NCBI RefSeq assembly: GCF_963921235.1
Contig: NC_086108.1
Span: forward strand, 76,882,001-76,946,000
DNA from: Mobula hypostoma
Taxonomy: Eukaryota
Direction: 5' to 3'
Length of the DNA: 64,000 nt
Of this stretch, positions 25,747-37,040 are shown piece after piece (the first letter of the stretch is position 1; each line of letters opens with the position of its first letter). Position numbers and translations under genes: made by a program. The notes under the pieces were generated by a model. It was not told where the DNA came from, made no database searches, and saw only the letters and a program-made list of their open reading frames with translations.

Positions 25747-28746
25747 TCAGAACCCAGCCTTCCCTCCATACCCCCTGACCCCTGTAGCCACAAGGGCCAT
25801 ATCTAACTTCCTTTTAAACATAGCTAATGAACTGGCCTCAACAGTTTGCTGTGGCAGAGAATTCCACAGATTCACCACTCTCTGTGTGAAGAAGTTTTTC
25901 CTAACCTCGGTCCTAAAAGGCTTCCCCTCTATCCTCAAACTGTGACCCCTCGTTCTAGACCTCCCCAACATCGGGAACAATCTTCCTGCATCTAGCCTGT
26001 CCAATCCCTTTAGGATCTTATACGTTTCAATCAGATCCCCCCTCAATCTTCTAAATTCCAACGAGTACAAGCCCAGTTCATCCAGTCTTTCTTCATATGA
26101 AAGACCTGCCATCCCAGGAATCAATCTGGTGAACCTTCTTTGTACTCCCTCTATGGCAAAGATGTCTTTCCTCAGATTAGGGGACCAAAACTGCACACAA
26201 TACTCCAGGTGTGGTCTCACCAAGGCCTTGTACAACTGCAGTAGTACCTCCCTGCTCCTGTACTCGAATCCTCTCGCTATAAATGCCAGCATACCGTTCG
26301 CCTTTTTCACCGCCTGCTGTACCTGCATGCCCACTTTCAATGACTGGTGTATAATGACACCCAGGTCTCGTTGCACCTCCCCTTTTCCTAATCGGCCACC
26401 ATTCAGATAATAATCTGTTTTCCTATTTTTGCCACCAAAGTGGATAACTTCACATTTATCCACATTAAATTGCATCTGCCATGAGTTTGCCCACTCACCC
26501 AACCTATCCAAGTCACCCTGCATCCTCTTAGCATCCTCCTCACTGCTAACACTGCCACCCAGCTTCGTGTCATCCGCAAACTTGGAGATGCTGCATTTAA
26601 TTCCCTCATCCAAGTCATTAATATATATTGTAAACAACTGGGGTCCCAGCACTGAGCCTTGCGGTACCCCACTAGTCACCGCCTGCCATTCTGAAAAGGT
26701 CCCGTTTATTCCCACTCTTTGCTTCCTGTCTGCTAACCAATTCTCCACCCACACCAATACCTTACCCCCAATACCGTGTGCTTTAAGTTTGCACACTAAT
26801 CTCCTATGTGGGACCTTGTCAAAAGCCTTTTGAAAATCCAAATATACCACATCCACTGGTTCTCCCCTATCCACTCTACTAGTTACATCCTCAAAAAATT
26901 CTATGAGATTCGTCAGACATGATTTTCCTTTCACAAATCCATGCTGACTTTGTCCGATCATTTCACCGCTTTCCAAATGTGCTGTTATCACATCCTTGAT
27001 AACTGACTCCAGCAGTTTCCCCACCACCGACGTTAGGCTAACCGGCCTATAATTCCCCGGTTTCTCTCTCCCTCCTTTTTTAAAAAGTGGGGTTACATTA
27101 GCCACCCTCCAATCCTCAGGAACTAGTCCAGAATCTAACGAGTTTTGAAAAATTATCACTAATGCATCCACTATTTCTTGGGCCACTTCCTTAAGCACTC
27201 TGGGATGCAGACCATCTGGCCCTGGGGATTTATCTGCCTTCAATCCCTTCAATTTACCTAACACCACTTCCCTACTAACATGTATTTCGCTCAGTTCCTC
27301 CATCTCACTGGACCCTCTGTCCCTTACTATTTCTGGAAGATTATTTATGTCCTCCTTAGTGAAGACAGAACCAAAGTAATTATTCAATTGGTCTGCCATG
27401 TCCTTGCTCCCCATAATCAATTCACCTGTTTCTGTTTGCAGGGGACCTACATTTGTCTTTATCAGTCTTTTCCTTTTTACATATCTATAAAAGCTTTTAC
27501 AGTCCGTTTTTATGTTCTCTGCCAGTTTTCTCTCATAATCTTTTTTCCCCTTCCTAATTAAGCCCTTTGTCCTCCTCTGCTGAACTCTGAATTTCTCCCA
27601 GTCCTCAGGTGAGCCACTTTCTCTGGCTAATTTGTATGCTACTTCTTTGGAATTGATACTATCCCTAATTTCTCTTGTCAGCCACGGGTGCACTACCTTC
27701 CTTGATTTATTCTTTTGCCAAACTGGGATGAACAATTGTTGTAGTTCATCCATGCAACCTTTAAATGCCTGCCATTGCATATCCACCGTCAATCCTTGAA
27801 GTGTCATTTGCCAGTCTATCTTAGCTAATTCATGTCTCATACCTTCAAAGTTACCCCTCTTTAAGTTCAGAACCTTTGTTTCTGAATTAACTACGTCACT
27901 CTCCATGTTAATGAAGAATTCCACCATATTATGGTCACTCTTACCCAAGGGGCCTCTCACGACAAGATCGCTAATTAACCCTTCCTCATTGCTCAAAACC
28001 CAGTCCAGAATAGCCTGCTCTCTAGTCGGTTCCTCGACATGTTGGTTCAAAAAACCATCCCGCATACATTCCAAGAAATCCTCTTCCTCAGCACCTTTAC
28101 CAATTTGGTTCACCCAGTCTACATGTAGATTGAAGTCACCCATTATAACTGCTGTTCCTTTATTGCACACATTTCTAATTTCCTGTTTAATACCATCTCC
28201 GACCTCACTACTACTGTTAGGTGGCCTGTACACAACTCCCACCAGCGTCTTCTGCCCCTTAGTGTTACGCAGCTCTACCCATATCGATTCCACATCTTCC
28301 CGGCTTATGTCCTTCCTTTCTATTGCGTTAATCTCTTTTTTAACCAGCAACGCCACCCCACCTCCCCTTCCTTCGTGTCTATCCCTCCTGAATATTGAAT
28401 ATCCCTGAACGTTGAGCTCCCATCCCTGGTCACCCTGGAGCCATGTCTCTGTGATCCCAACTATATCATAATCATTAATAACAATCTGCACTTTCAATTC
28501 ATCCACCTTATTACGAATGCTCCTTGCATTGACACATAAAGCCTTCAGGCACTCTTTTACAACTCTCTTAGCCCTTTTTAATGCTTGCCCTGGATTTGTC
28601 GGCCTGCCACTTTTACTTTTCCCCTTTGTACTTTTTGCTTCTACGCTCACTTTACACCCCTCTGTCTCTCTGCACTGGTTCCCATCCCTCTGTTGTGAAC
28701 TAACCTCCTCACACCTAGCCGCTTTAATTTGATTCCCACCCCCCAA
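25747..28746 (-). CDS. CR1 ORF2: APE endonuclease + reverse transcriptase
   Basis: NARS, ITETWL, YRPP, MGDFN and SDHN endonuclease motifs; SPGPDG, NYRPVSLTS, YLDFQKAFD, GVPQGSVLGP and KFADD RT motifs. The listed start is a TTG; the real start is uncertain. Confidence 0.93.
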   Translation of the reverse strand: MGGGNQIKAARCEEVSSQQRDGNQCRETEGCKVSVEAKSTKGKSKSGRPTNPGQALKRAKRVVKECLKALCVNARSIRNKVDELKVQIVINDYDIVGITETWLQGDQGWELNVQGYSIFRRDRHEGRGGGVALLVKKEINAIERKDISREDVESIWVELRNTKGQKTLVGVVYRPPNSSSEVGDGIKQEIRNVCNKGTAVIMGDFNLHVDWVNQIGKGAEEEDFLECMRDGFLNQHVEEPTREQAILDWVLSNEEGLISDLVVRGPLGKSDHNMVEFFINMESDVVNSETKVLNLKRGNFEGMRHELAKIDWQMTLQGLTVDMQWQAFKGCMDELQQLFIPVWQKNKSRKVVHPWLTREIRDSINSKEVAYKLARESGSPEDWEKFRVQQRRTKGLIRKGKKDYERKLAENIKTDCKSFYRYVKRKRLIKTNVGPLQTETGELIMGSKDMADQLNNYFGSVFTKEDINNLPEIVRDRGSSEMEELSEIHVSREVVLGKLKGLKADKSPGPDGLHPRVLKEVAQEIVDALVIIFQNSLDSGLVPEDWRVANVTPLFKKGGREKPGNYRPVSLTSVVGKLLESVIKDVITAHLESGEMIGQSQHGFVKGKSCLTNLIEFFEDVTSRVDRGEPVDVVYLDFQKAFDKVPHRRLVCKLKAHGIGGKVLVWVENWLADRKQRVGINGTFSEWQAVTSGVPQGSVLGPQLFTIYINDLDEGIKCSISKFADDTKLGGSVSSEEDAKRMQGDLDRLGEWANSWQMQFNVDKCEVIHFGGKNRKTDYYLNGGRLGKGEVQRDLGVIIHQSLKVGMQVQQAVKKANGMLAFIARGFEYRSREVLLQLYKALVRPHLEYCVQFWSPNLRKDIFAIEGVQRRFTRLIPGMAGLSYEERLDELGLYSLEFRRLRGDLIETYKILKGLDRLDAGRLFPMLGRSRTRGHSLRIEGKPFRTEVRKNFFTQRVVNLWNSLPQQTVEASSLAMFKRKLDMALVATGVRGYGGKAGF

Positions 28747-28751
28747 CCATT

Positions 28752-29075
28752 CTAGTTTAAAGTCACCTCAGTAGCCCTCGCTAATCTCCCTGCCAGGATA
28801 TTGGTCCCCCGAGGATTTAAGTGTAACCCGTCCTTTTTGTACAGGTCACACCTGCGCCAAAAGAGGTCCCAATGATCCAAAAACTTGAATCCCTGCCCCC
28901 TGCTCCAATCCCTCAGCCACGCATTTATCCTCCACCTCATCGCATTCCTACTCTCACTGTCGCGTGGCACAGGCAGTAATCCCGAGATTACTACCTTTGC
29001 GGTCCTTTTTCTCAACTCCCTTCCTAGCTCCCTATATTCTTCTTTCAGGACCTCATCCCTTTTCCTACCTATGTC
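28752..29075 (-). CDS. CR1 ORF1 C-terminal fragment (SGNH esterase-like)
   Basis: DIGRKRDEVLKEEYRELG...VVISGLLP...DGLHLN motifs typical of CR1 ORF1 esterase; truncated at the GxND block. Confidence 0.85.
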   Translation of the reverse strand, partial: DIGRKRDEVLKEEYRELGRELRKRTAKVVISGLLPVPRDSESRNAMRWRINAWLRDWSRGQGFKFLDHWDLFWRRCDLYKKDGLHLNPRGTNILAGRLARATEVTLN

Positions 29076-30229
29076 ATAGGGAAAAGTTGAATAGGTTAAG
29101 ACTTTATTCTGAAGAATGTAGATTAAGGGGAGATTTGATAGAGATATACAAAATTATGAGGGGTATAGATAGGGGAAATGCAAGCAGGCTTTCTCCACTG
29201 AGGTGGGGTGGAAGACGAAATGTTTAAGGGGAACATGAGGGGGATCTTCTTCATTCAGATGGTGGTGAGAGTGTGGAATGAGCTGCCAGTGCAAGTGGTG
29301 AATGTGGGGTCAATTTCAACATTTAAGAGAAACTAGGGTAGGTAGATGGATGAGAGAGGTATGGAAGGTTTCAGTCTGAGTGCAGGTCGATAGGACTGAG
29401 CAGATTAATGTGTTGGCTCAGAATAGATAGTCTGAAGGTTCAGCTTCTGTGCTGTAGTGTTCTATGACTCTGGTTCTTTAATACTGTGGGCTGAAGGGTC
29501 TGGTCTTGTGCTGTACTTGTCTTTGTTCTATTGTTTTATGTAACTGCTTCAGCTGCACGCAATAAACTCTTCCTCAGTGCTAAGTTTGCTGATTTGATTT
29601 GCCCTGTCCATATGAAGATTAAAGTTGCCTTTGATTACAGTGCCTTTGTTGCAAGACCCCATTATTTCTTTATTTACACTCTGCTCTAGAATATAACTAC
29701 AGTTGGGGAGTGGCCTGTAGACCATTTTCTTTCAGTGACTTCTTCCCTTTACTTATTAATATTTCCACCAAACTAATTTTACATCTTCATCTTCTGACCT
29801 AAAACTATTTCTCAGTACCACATTGATCTCACTTTCATAAACAAAACCATTGAACTTCTTTTCCCTTGTTCCCTACCCTTCTGAAATTAAAGTACCTTAG
29901 AATTTTAGTTTTAACATTGTAACCTTATTGCTACATCTCCATGGTGCTATAAGGTAATATAATTTACTTCTATTTGTGCTATGGATTTGGACAAGGACAG
30001 CAGGCCCATGAAAGTAATGAAAATTAAATATATATTGCAGACTCTTAATTGTTGCTGGACGTTATCTTGGTGTTTCTACCTAATAATACTCTGGAAGTCC
30101 CTTCCTAGCAAGAAGTTCATTAAGGTAGTTTACTACCACCATTTTGAATACATTGTAGAGGACCCTGCCAGCATTTTTCACATCCTGTAAATGAATTAAT
30201 AGTCTTTTCTTAAATTATTGTGCAGTACA

Positions 30230-31140
30230 TTGTTATGAGGATTTAGTGGGATCCTTAACTGTGCAGCCATTCAATACTAGAAAGGACACTTAATACACAT
30301 GCTATAAGACTAGAGATTTTGGCCACTGAATAATAACCACTTTGAGGGAAAAGTACCGAAGAATTTGTCTAGGCAATGATAGAAGAAATAGAAGTGGAGA
30401 ATAAGTTTTTATTGGAGCTGAGCTTTTCTTTCATTTAATATACTGGCAACCTGGTAGACACAGAAAAAAAGATAGGGAGAGAGAAAGACTTCTTTCAGCC
30501 GTCCATAAATGAGGGGATAGCATTTAATAGTCTCAAATGGCTGCCTTAAAGGGAATTCAGTTAACAAAATGTCAGAGGGAAATGCACTTCCATTCACTTT
30601 ATGACACATGATCCTGCACACGAAGGGAAACAATATTTACAATATGCTAGCAATTTCAATTCATTTTAGAGATGTACGACAAAGATTAATTTGTGGGATA
30701 GAAAATGGCAAGGGAAAGATGTCTAATGCTTCTCTTTAAAAAGGAGCTGTCTTGAAGTCAGAGGTGTTGCAGCCACCAGGCTTGCAAAGATTAATTGCCT
30801 CTCTGCCATTAAGCCTAAAATTAGCTGGTGGGGAACATCATGTAAAAGGTTGAAAAGCCATGAATTATTATTTTTAAGCTCCTACCTTTAGAAGATACTT
30901 TTCCCTCTTGCAAATGTCACTTCTGCTGAGCTAGCTGGTTGTGTAAAAGTTATGTTTTTTAATCATGCTGCGCAAATTATTTTTTTGATTAATTTTTCCT
31001 CGCTTTTATCGTTTCTCAGCCTCTTAGCACAATTGCTGACCTGCACAACACCCTTTCTTCAAGTACAGAAAGAAGAAAAGGAGGGTGAGAACAGGTGATG
31101 ACTCAATGAGGGTCCCTGATTTTCCACTTCTATAGATCCC
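30230..31140. promoter_or_regulatory. Candidate conserved non-coding element
   Basis: CAAAGATTAATT occurs twice (near 30680 and 30785) with further homeobox-type motifs; repeat-free. Conservation not tested. Confidence 0.3.
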
Positions 31141-31876
31141 AGTGTGGCAGAGACATGTCAAAGATATTGAGTGTTCTGGTGATACTGCAAAAGACTTTGT
31201 CCTTCACTGTCTTCTGGTGCTGTATCATTATAAGTATCTTCCATCAAAATGCTTTTAACATTTGCTTTCCCTTCAAACAGTGTGAGCACTATAACTGAGA
31301 TTTTTTTTTCCCTCTGCTGATTTTTACAGGGAGAACTTGAGCTTTGAAGTGTCTGTTTTTGAGGTGATCCTACCATCCTTCCTGCCCTAAAATGACATAT
31401 GTGGTGCCTCAGTATTTTTATGGGGTAAATGACATCAGAGGGTACCCACATGCAAGCAATGAATGTCCATTGCAAATATACATGACACTAATGCTCCTAC
31501 CTTGGAGCACCATGCTGTAGTTCATGCCCTTTTAATATCAGATGGCTGGGCTTGTGTTCCATAGCAAGCCTGAATCCACCCTCACTTGAGATCTTGTTCT
31601 TTTTTACCTTCTGGCTGCTGCTATGATCTCCAAGTGTTTTGCGACTTCAGAATTTTTTTCAGGTTTCTATAGGAGGTGGTGTGGTTTGTACCAAAGAACT
31701 TTTCACCAAAATGCTTCGTTGGAACTTGCCACCCGCTATAGTCACAAATAGAGTAGGCCTTTATTACCAGATGCCGTGAAAGTGCTGTAAGAATGAGCTT
31801 CTATGTGCCTAGCTCCTTCTTGGTTGAAATATTTGTGACATCTCACTTTACATTCTGCTGTTTACACAAATATGAT

Positions 31877-32987
31877 TGTAACCCCCCTGGCCAGCCTCAG
31901 GGTCGCTCAGCTCGCTGTCATCTAGGGAAACAGCCCTTGGCCCTAACAAACTGGGTAATAGTTTGTGTGGATGCTGTGTGATGTACCCCACCCCGCTCAA
32001 ATAACAGACAATACACCAGATACGATTAAATGATTTACAGTTTATAGATCGTACTGGAACTATATTATAGTCATAGTCGTAGTCATAGTCATACTTTATT
32101 GATCCTGGGGGAAATTGGTTTTCATTACAGTTGCACCATAAATAATAAATAGTAATAAAACCATAAATAGTTAGACAGTAGTATGTAAATTATGCCGGGA
32201 AATAAGTCCAGAACCAGCCTATTGTCTCAGGGTGTCTGACCCTCCAAGGGAGGAGTTGTAAAGTTTGATGGCCACAGGCAGGAATGACTTCCTATGACGC
32301 TCTGTGTTGCATCTCGGTGGAATGAATCTCTGGCTGAATGTACTCCTGTGCCCAACCAGTACATTATGTAGTGGATGGGAGACATTGTCCAAGATGGAAT
32401 GCAACTTGGACAGCATCCTCTTTTCAGACACCGCTGTCAGAGAGTCCAGTTCCATCCCCACAACATCACTGGCCTTATGAATGAAATATAAAAGGAAAAT
32501 AAAAGGCGCCACACTTATCAAAGTTCAATTTCTTCATGCACAAACAGTTAGAGCTCAGGACCCTCCTTCTTCAACCTGCGTTTCCCCTCGGACCACCTCA
32601 ATCTGCCGCCTGGGACCAACAACGGTGGTCGACCGGACGTTCCACACGAGTCTGTCTCCATCTCCTCTCCTCGCCGAACACCCTGGACCTCGGACTCCTG
32701 CTCGGGGTCTGACCCTGTTAGCGGACTCACAGCACCTGGTCCATCCTCTGTCTCTCTCCCCCGCCTTCTTCCCAAAAACCCGCGCATCACAATATCTTAC
32801 AGACACACAGAAAGCATAACAACTATCCCAATTGGTTCTCTTATCAGTAACATAATCCAATCAAATTGCTAGCGGGAGGACTCTCTCAGCAGTTAACATA
32901 ACAAAGAAGTCGTTTCAATTATAACATAACAAAGAAGCCATTTTAATTAGACTACGCAGTAATATAAAAGAGAAGAAACCCCTTACA
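31877..32987. mobile_element. Solo LTR (about 700 bp net), interrupted by a LINE fragment
   Basis: TGTAA...TTACA termini, 4-bp TSD TGAT at 31873-31876 and 32988-32991, GC-richer than flanks. Confidence 0.8.
32069..32482 (-). mobile_element. Young Rex1/Babar LINE 3' fragment
   Basis: (GACTAT)n tail; near-identical to 35026-35440; KASDVVGMELDSL...RKSFLPVAIKLYN. Confidence 0.85.
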
Positions 32988-34889
32988 TGATTATTTAAAG
33001 AAAACTAGTCATATCTTATTCCCTTGGGTGGGGAAAACATGAGATAAGACAGTATCAAGCTTCCCCAGTGATACTCATTGCATGCACATAACTTGCAGGG
33101 TGTACGTCCTATACAAAACTAAATTGGATTCCATTCCTTCAGCATCCTTGTGGTATGTCAACATAGTGATCAGTGTCTGGCAGCTATGAAGATGCTTCAT
33201 TCTGTAGCAGTCTATTGCAATGTGCTTTAGCAAGCACAGTGTACCAAAACGTGATGGCTATTGTGTAACAAGGGCTTTCTACTGACGATATGTCTGATAA
33301 TTCTGATACGTAACCCCACACTAGCAATCTTATATTTGGTGTTATGAAGGCCATCAGGCTACATGATATGCCTTACAAAAGGACATTGGCAGACTGAAAT
33401 AGCACTTACTGCTTGGATCATTTTGGAGCAGCTCTGCAACTCTCAGCAGGGTAGATGTTAAGATTTGTGACCGAACAACAGTAAACCAAGGTTCAGTAGC
33501 TTTGTAGGGGATGGAGAAAGAGGGAAAGAATCAATCCAGTTAGCCTCCTTCTGCCTGTGCAATCTATGAAGAACTGATTTGAGATCTCTGTTGCTAGTTG
33601 TAACTCCAGCACCCAAAGCACTATTGTTCCTTCTATTGCTCAACAACATAGCTTCCATTTGGCCACAATGCTAAATATAAGCTACTAGAGACTCAACAGA
33701 CAACATCATGGCATGTTGCATAGCAAAATGAACAAGTCATTTGTGCTGTTCCTTTGGTGCCTGTCTTTTCTTGTTCGAGTTCTGCTTTGCCAAGCTCCCT
33801 CGGTGGTCTGCTGGGAGGTGGGGGGTGGTGGCGGATATCCTACAGGAAGCTCATAGACAAGTGTGGGGTCCTGCCGATTGTGGTTTGGCACTAAGTCAAC
33901 CTGCAAGAGAAAGGGAAGCATGGGTGAGTGATGGATTTGAGTAACGTGGCTATCATGGTGATAAACCCTGGATATAAGTCATAGCAGTGTTAACTAAGCA
34001 TTGGAACATATGAACTTAAGTGCAGGTCTTGACTGACAGTGGTAGGTGAGTGATGGGGCTATTTTCTGAGTCCAGTGGCAAAAGTGAAGTAGATAGGAAA
34101 CGACACATTAGAAAATGCATTCATTGACCTCAGCTGCTCGTATGAGGTCACTGAACTTCTTTCAGCAGTGCACACAGAGACTCAGTGTGTGACTCTTGAT
34201 ATTAATCAAGATGGCTTTCTGCTCCTACTGTTAATGCATTGTTTTTTAAGGGCCACCTACATGTTCTACCCCGTGTTCTCTTCTCTGCCCTCAGCAATTT
34301 CATGTTTCCTCCTCCAAGGCCCTCAGTAGATCATCTGTAAAGCTCGGAGGCTGCTCTCTCCTATATTGTTTCATTTATTACAATTTCTCGGGTCAAATTC
34401 TGTTGTAGAATGTCTCCAGTACCTGCTGCACCCAAAACGCTCCTTCCCTTTACGGGCCAGAGGCTAGCTGAAAGCAATGCAAAAGAGCTTTAAATGGGCA
34501 GTTGTGAAACCTACTGTGCAGCTATTACAGGCTGGATGCTGAAATCATTATACCTAGCAAGCAGCATTGCTGTCAGTGGTTGTGAGTGAAATGCATTTCA
34601 GGATTCTGATTAAGAGTCATAGACCTGTATGTTGACTCTCCCTCTTCCCACAGATGCGGCCTGACCTGCTGAATATTTCCGCATTTTCTGTTTTGGTTTT
34701 AAATTCCAGCATCTACAGATTTTTTTGATTATGTTCAACAGGATCCTCATGTTTTCAGTCATTACCCCATTTATTTTGAAATATATTTTTCAAAAGATCT
34801 TTCCTTAGCCCTCTTCCAAACTTATGACTATTATTGGGTCCTTCCAACCTCTCCAAATCAGTGAAACAGTCACATTTTGGAAAATTATA

Positions 34890-36458
34890 AACTTGGTGGC
34901 CACTTTGTTAGGTACAGGAGTGGAACCAGGAGTGGTTTTCTGCTGCTGTAGCCCATCCACTTCAAAATTCAATGTGTTGTGCAGTCAAAGGTGCACTTCT
35001 GCACACCACTGTTGTAACGCATGGTTAGTCATAGTCATAGTCATACTTTATTAATCCCGGGGGAAATTGGTTTTCGTTACAGTTGCTCCATAAATAATAA
35101 ATGGTAATAGAACCATGAATAGTTAAATAGTAATATGTAAATTATGCCAGTAAATTATGAAATAAGTCCAGGACCAGCCTATTGGCTCAGGGTGTCTGAT
35201 CCTCCAAGGGAGGAGTTGTAAAGTTTGATGGCCACAGGCAGGAATGACTTCCTATGACGCTCTGTGTTGCATCTCGGTGGAATGAGTCTCTGGCTGAATG
35301 TACTCCTGTGCCCACCCAGTACATTATGTAGTGGATGGGAGACATTGACCAAGATGGCATGCAACTTGGACAGCATCCTCTTTTCAGACACCACCGTCAG
35401 AGAGTCCAGTTCCATCCCCACAACATCACTGGCCTTACGAATGAGTTTGTTGATTCTGTTGGTGTCTGCCACCCTCAGCCTGCTGCCCCAGCACACAACA
35501 GCAAACATGATAGCACTGGCCACCACAGACTCGTAGAACATCCTCAGCATCGTCCGACAGATGTTAAAGGACCTCAGTCTCCTCAGGAAATAGAGACGGC
35601 TCTGACCCTTCTTGTAGACAGCCTCAGTGTTCTTTGACCAGTCCAGTTTATTGTCAATTCGTATCCCCAGGTATTTGTAATCCTCCACCATGTCCACACT
35701 GACCCCCTGGATGGAAACAGGGGTCACCTGTACCTTAGCTCTCCTCAGGTCTACCACCAGCTCCTTAGTCTTTTTCACAGTAAGCTGCAGATAATTCTGC
35801 TCACACCATGTGACAAAGTTTCCTACCGTAGCCCTGTACTCAGCCTCATCTCCCTTGCTGATGCATCCAACTATGGCAGAGTCATCCGGAAACTTCTGAA
35901 GATGACAAGACTCTGTGCGGTAGTTGAAGTCCGAGGTGTAAATGGTGAAGAGAAAGGGAGACAAGACAGTCCCCTGTGGAGCCCCAGTGCTGCTGATCAC
36001 TCTGTCAGACACACAGTGTTGCAAGCACACGTACTGTGGTCTGCCATGTGAGTTACTACCACCCTCCTGGCAAATTAAACTTAAGTGTGGCCATTCTCCT
36101 CTGACCTCTCTCATTAACAAGGTGTTAATGCTCACAGAACTACTGCTTATTGGACTATTATTTTGTTTATCGCACTATTCTCTGTAAACTCTAGAGACTG
36201 TTGTGTGTGAAAATCTCAGGAGATCTGCAGTTTCTGAGATACTCAAACCACCCTATCTGGCGCTCGTAATCATTCCATGGTTAAAGTCACTTAGATCATA
36301 CTTATTCCCCATTCTGATCTTTGGCCTGAGTAATAACTGAACCTCTTGACCACGTCTGCATGCTTTTATGTATTGAGCTTCTGCCACATGATGGCTGATT
36401 GGATATTTGTATTAACAAGCAGGTGTACATGTGTACCTAATAAAGTCTAAACTGTGTG
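34890..36458 (-). mobile_element. Internally deleted Tc1-derived element hosting the Rex1 copy
   Basis: Degenerate TIRs TA-aacttggtggccactttgttaggtaca and tgtacctaataaagtctaaactgtgtg-TA; body continues across the Rex1 insertion (ggtt|atgtgagttact). Confidence 0.7.
35026..36046 (-). mobile_element. Young Rex1/Babar LINE, 5'-truncated, RT C-terminal half open
   Basis: GAPQGTVLSPFLF, KFPDD (canonical FSDD/FADD), YKYLG, LYFLRRLRSF; (GACTAT)n tail. Confidence 0.88.
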
Positions 36459-36759
36459 TATTTTTGTTGCTTCCCTCCAGGAATGCTGAAAATATAAATG
36501 TAATCCTAAATCATGTTATTCAATTTTAATCCTTAAGCTTAAAATAGTTTAAGATCTGCTAGTTTCTTAAAATAAAAAAAAGCCTTGATGATTCAGATCA
36601 CTGTAAAGGGGAAAGCAAGGAGCTGAACCCATGGCAATTTGCGTAGCATCACAATAGGTCTACAACAGAGGTAATTTCACTAGCTGTCCACTCGTCCTTG
36701 GACCACGTGGACAATAGAAATACCTACAGATATACATGCCTGAACAATAGCCATACCTA

Positions 36760-37040
36760 CATCAAAAGAAAGTGGGAACATACAGGTACACTGGATGAAT
36801 TTCTCCATTGATAACAATTAGGAACTAATACACAGTTTTATAGTAATGTAGTTGTCTTGATAGCATTTTAATTTGTTCTGTATTTCATTTAAATACATAA
36901 TTGTTACTCAATTAAACTATAGTTTGTTTTTTTGATTTCTTTTCAGCTATTTCTATGAAACTTCAGCTAATTGGAGCAGCCACCTAATTGGACCAAAATG
37001 TATTGGTCCCAATGTGTCCCAATTAACTGGAATCCACTCT
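36760..37040. mobile_element. Partial copy of the pogo/Tigger-like MITE family
   Basis: Homologous to 48860-49051; ends gtcccaattaactggaatccact. Confidence 0.6.

Larger units (their letters stand above)
25651..29075 (-). mobile_element. Young CR1 LINE, 5'-truncated within ORF1, with intact ORF2
   Basis: (TTCTATGT)n-type tail at 25651-25670, uninterrupted 999-codon frame, ORF1 C-terminal part upstream. Confidence 0.95.
20448..29470 (+). mobile_element. Older degenerate CR1 LINE (ORF2 region) hosting nested insertions; pieces at about 20448-20494, 23612-23687, 23951-25650 and 29076-29470
   Basis: Reading HNAISFKVNMEK / GPRVEILN..KANFDGIRK continues across the insertions. RT remnants (QQGFVCGKSCITNLIEF, KAFHKIPHGRL). 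GACCTGAGTT|ATAGGGAAAAG junction around the young CR1. CR1 3' tail near 29460. Confidence 0.8.

Noticed and set aside
26129..28732. Plus-strand ORFs overlapping CR1 ORF2
   Set aside because: Antisense shadow frames with no recognisable motifs.
36047..36135. N-terminus of the 318-aa ORF 35179..36135
   Set aside because: Comes from the host Tc1 remnant; chance in-frame fusion with a truncated Rex1, with no evidence of a chimeric gene.
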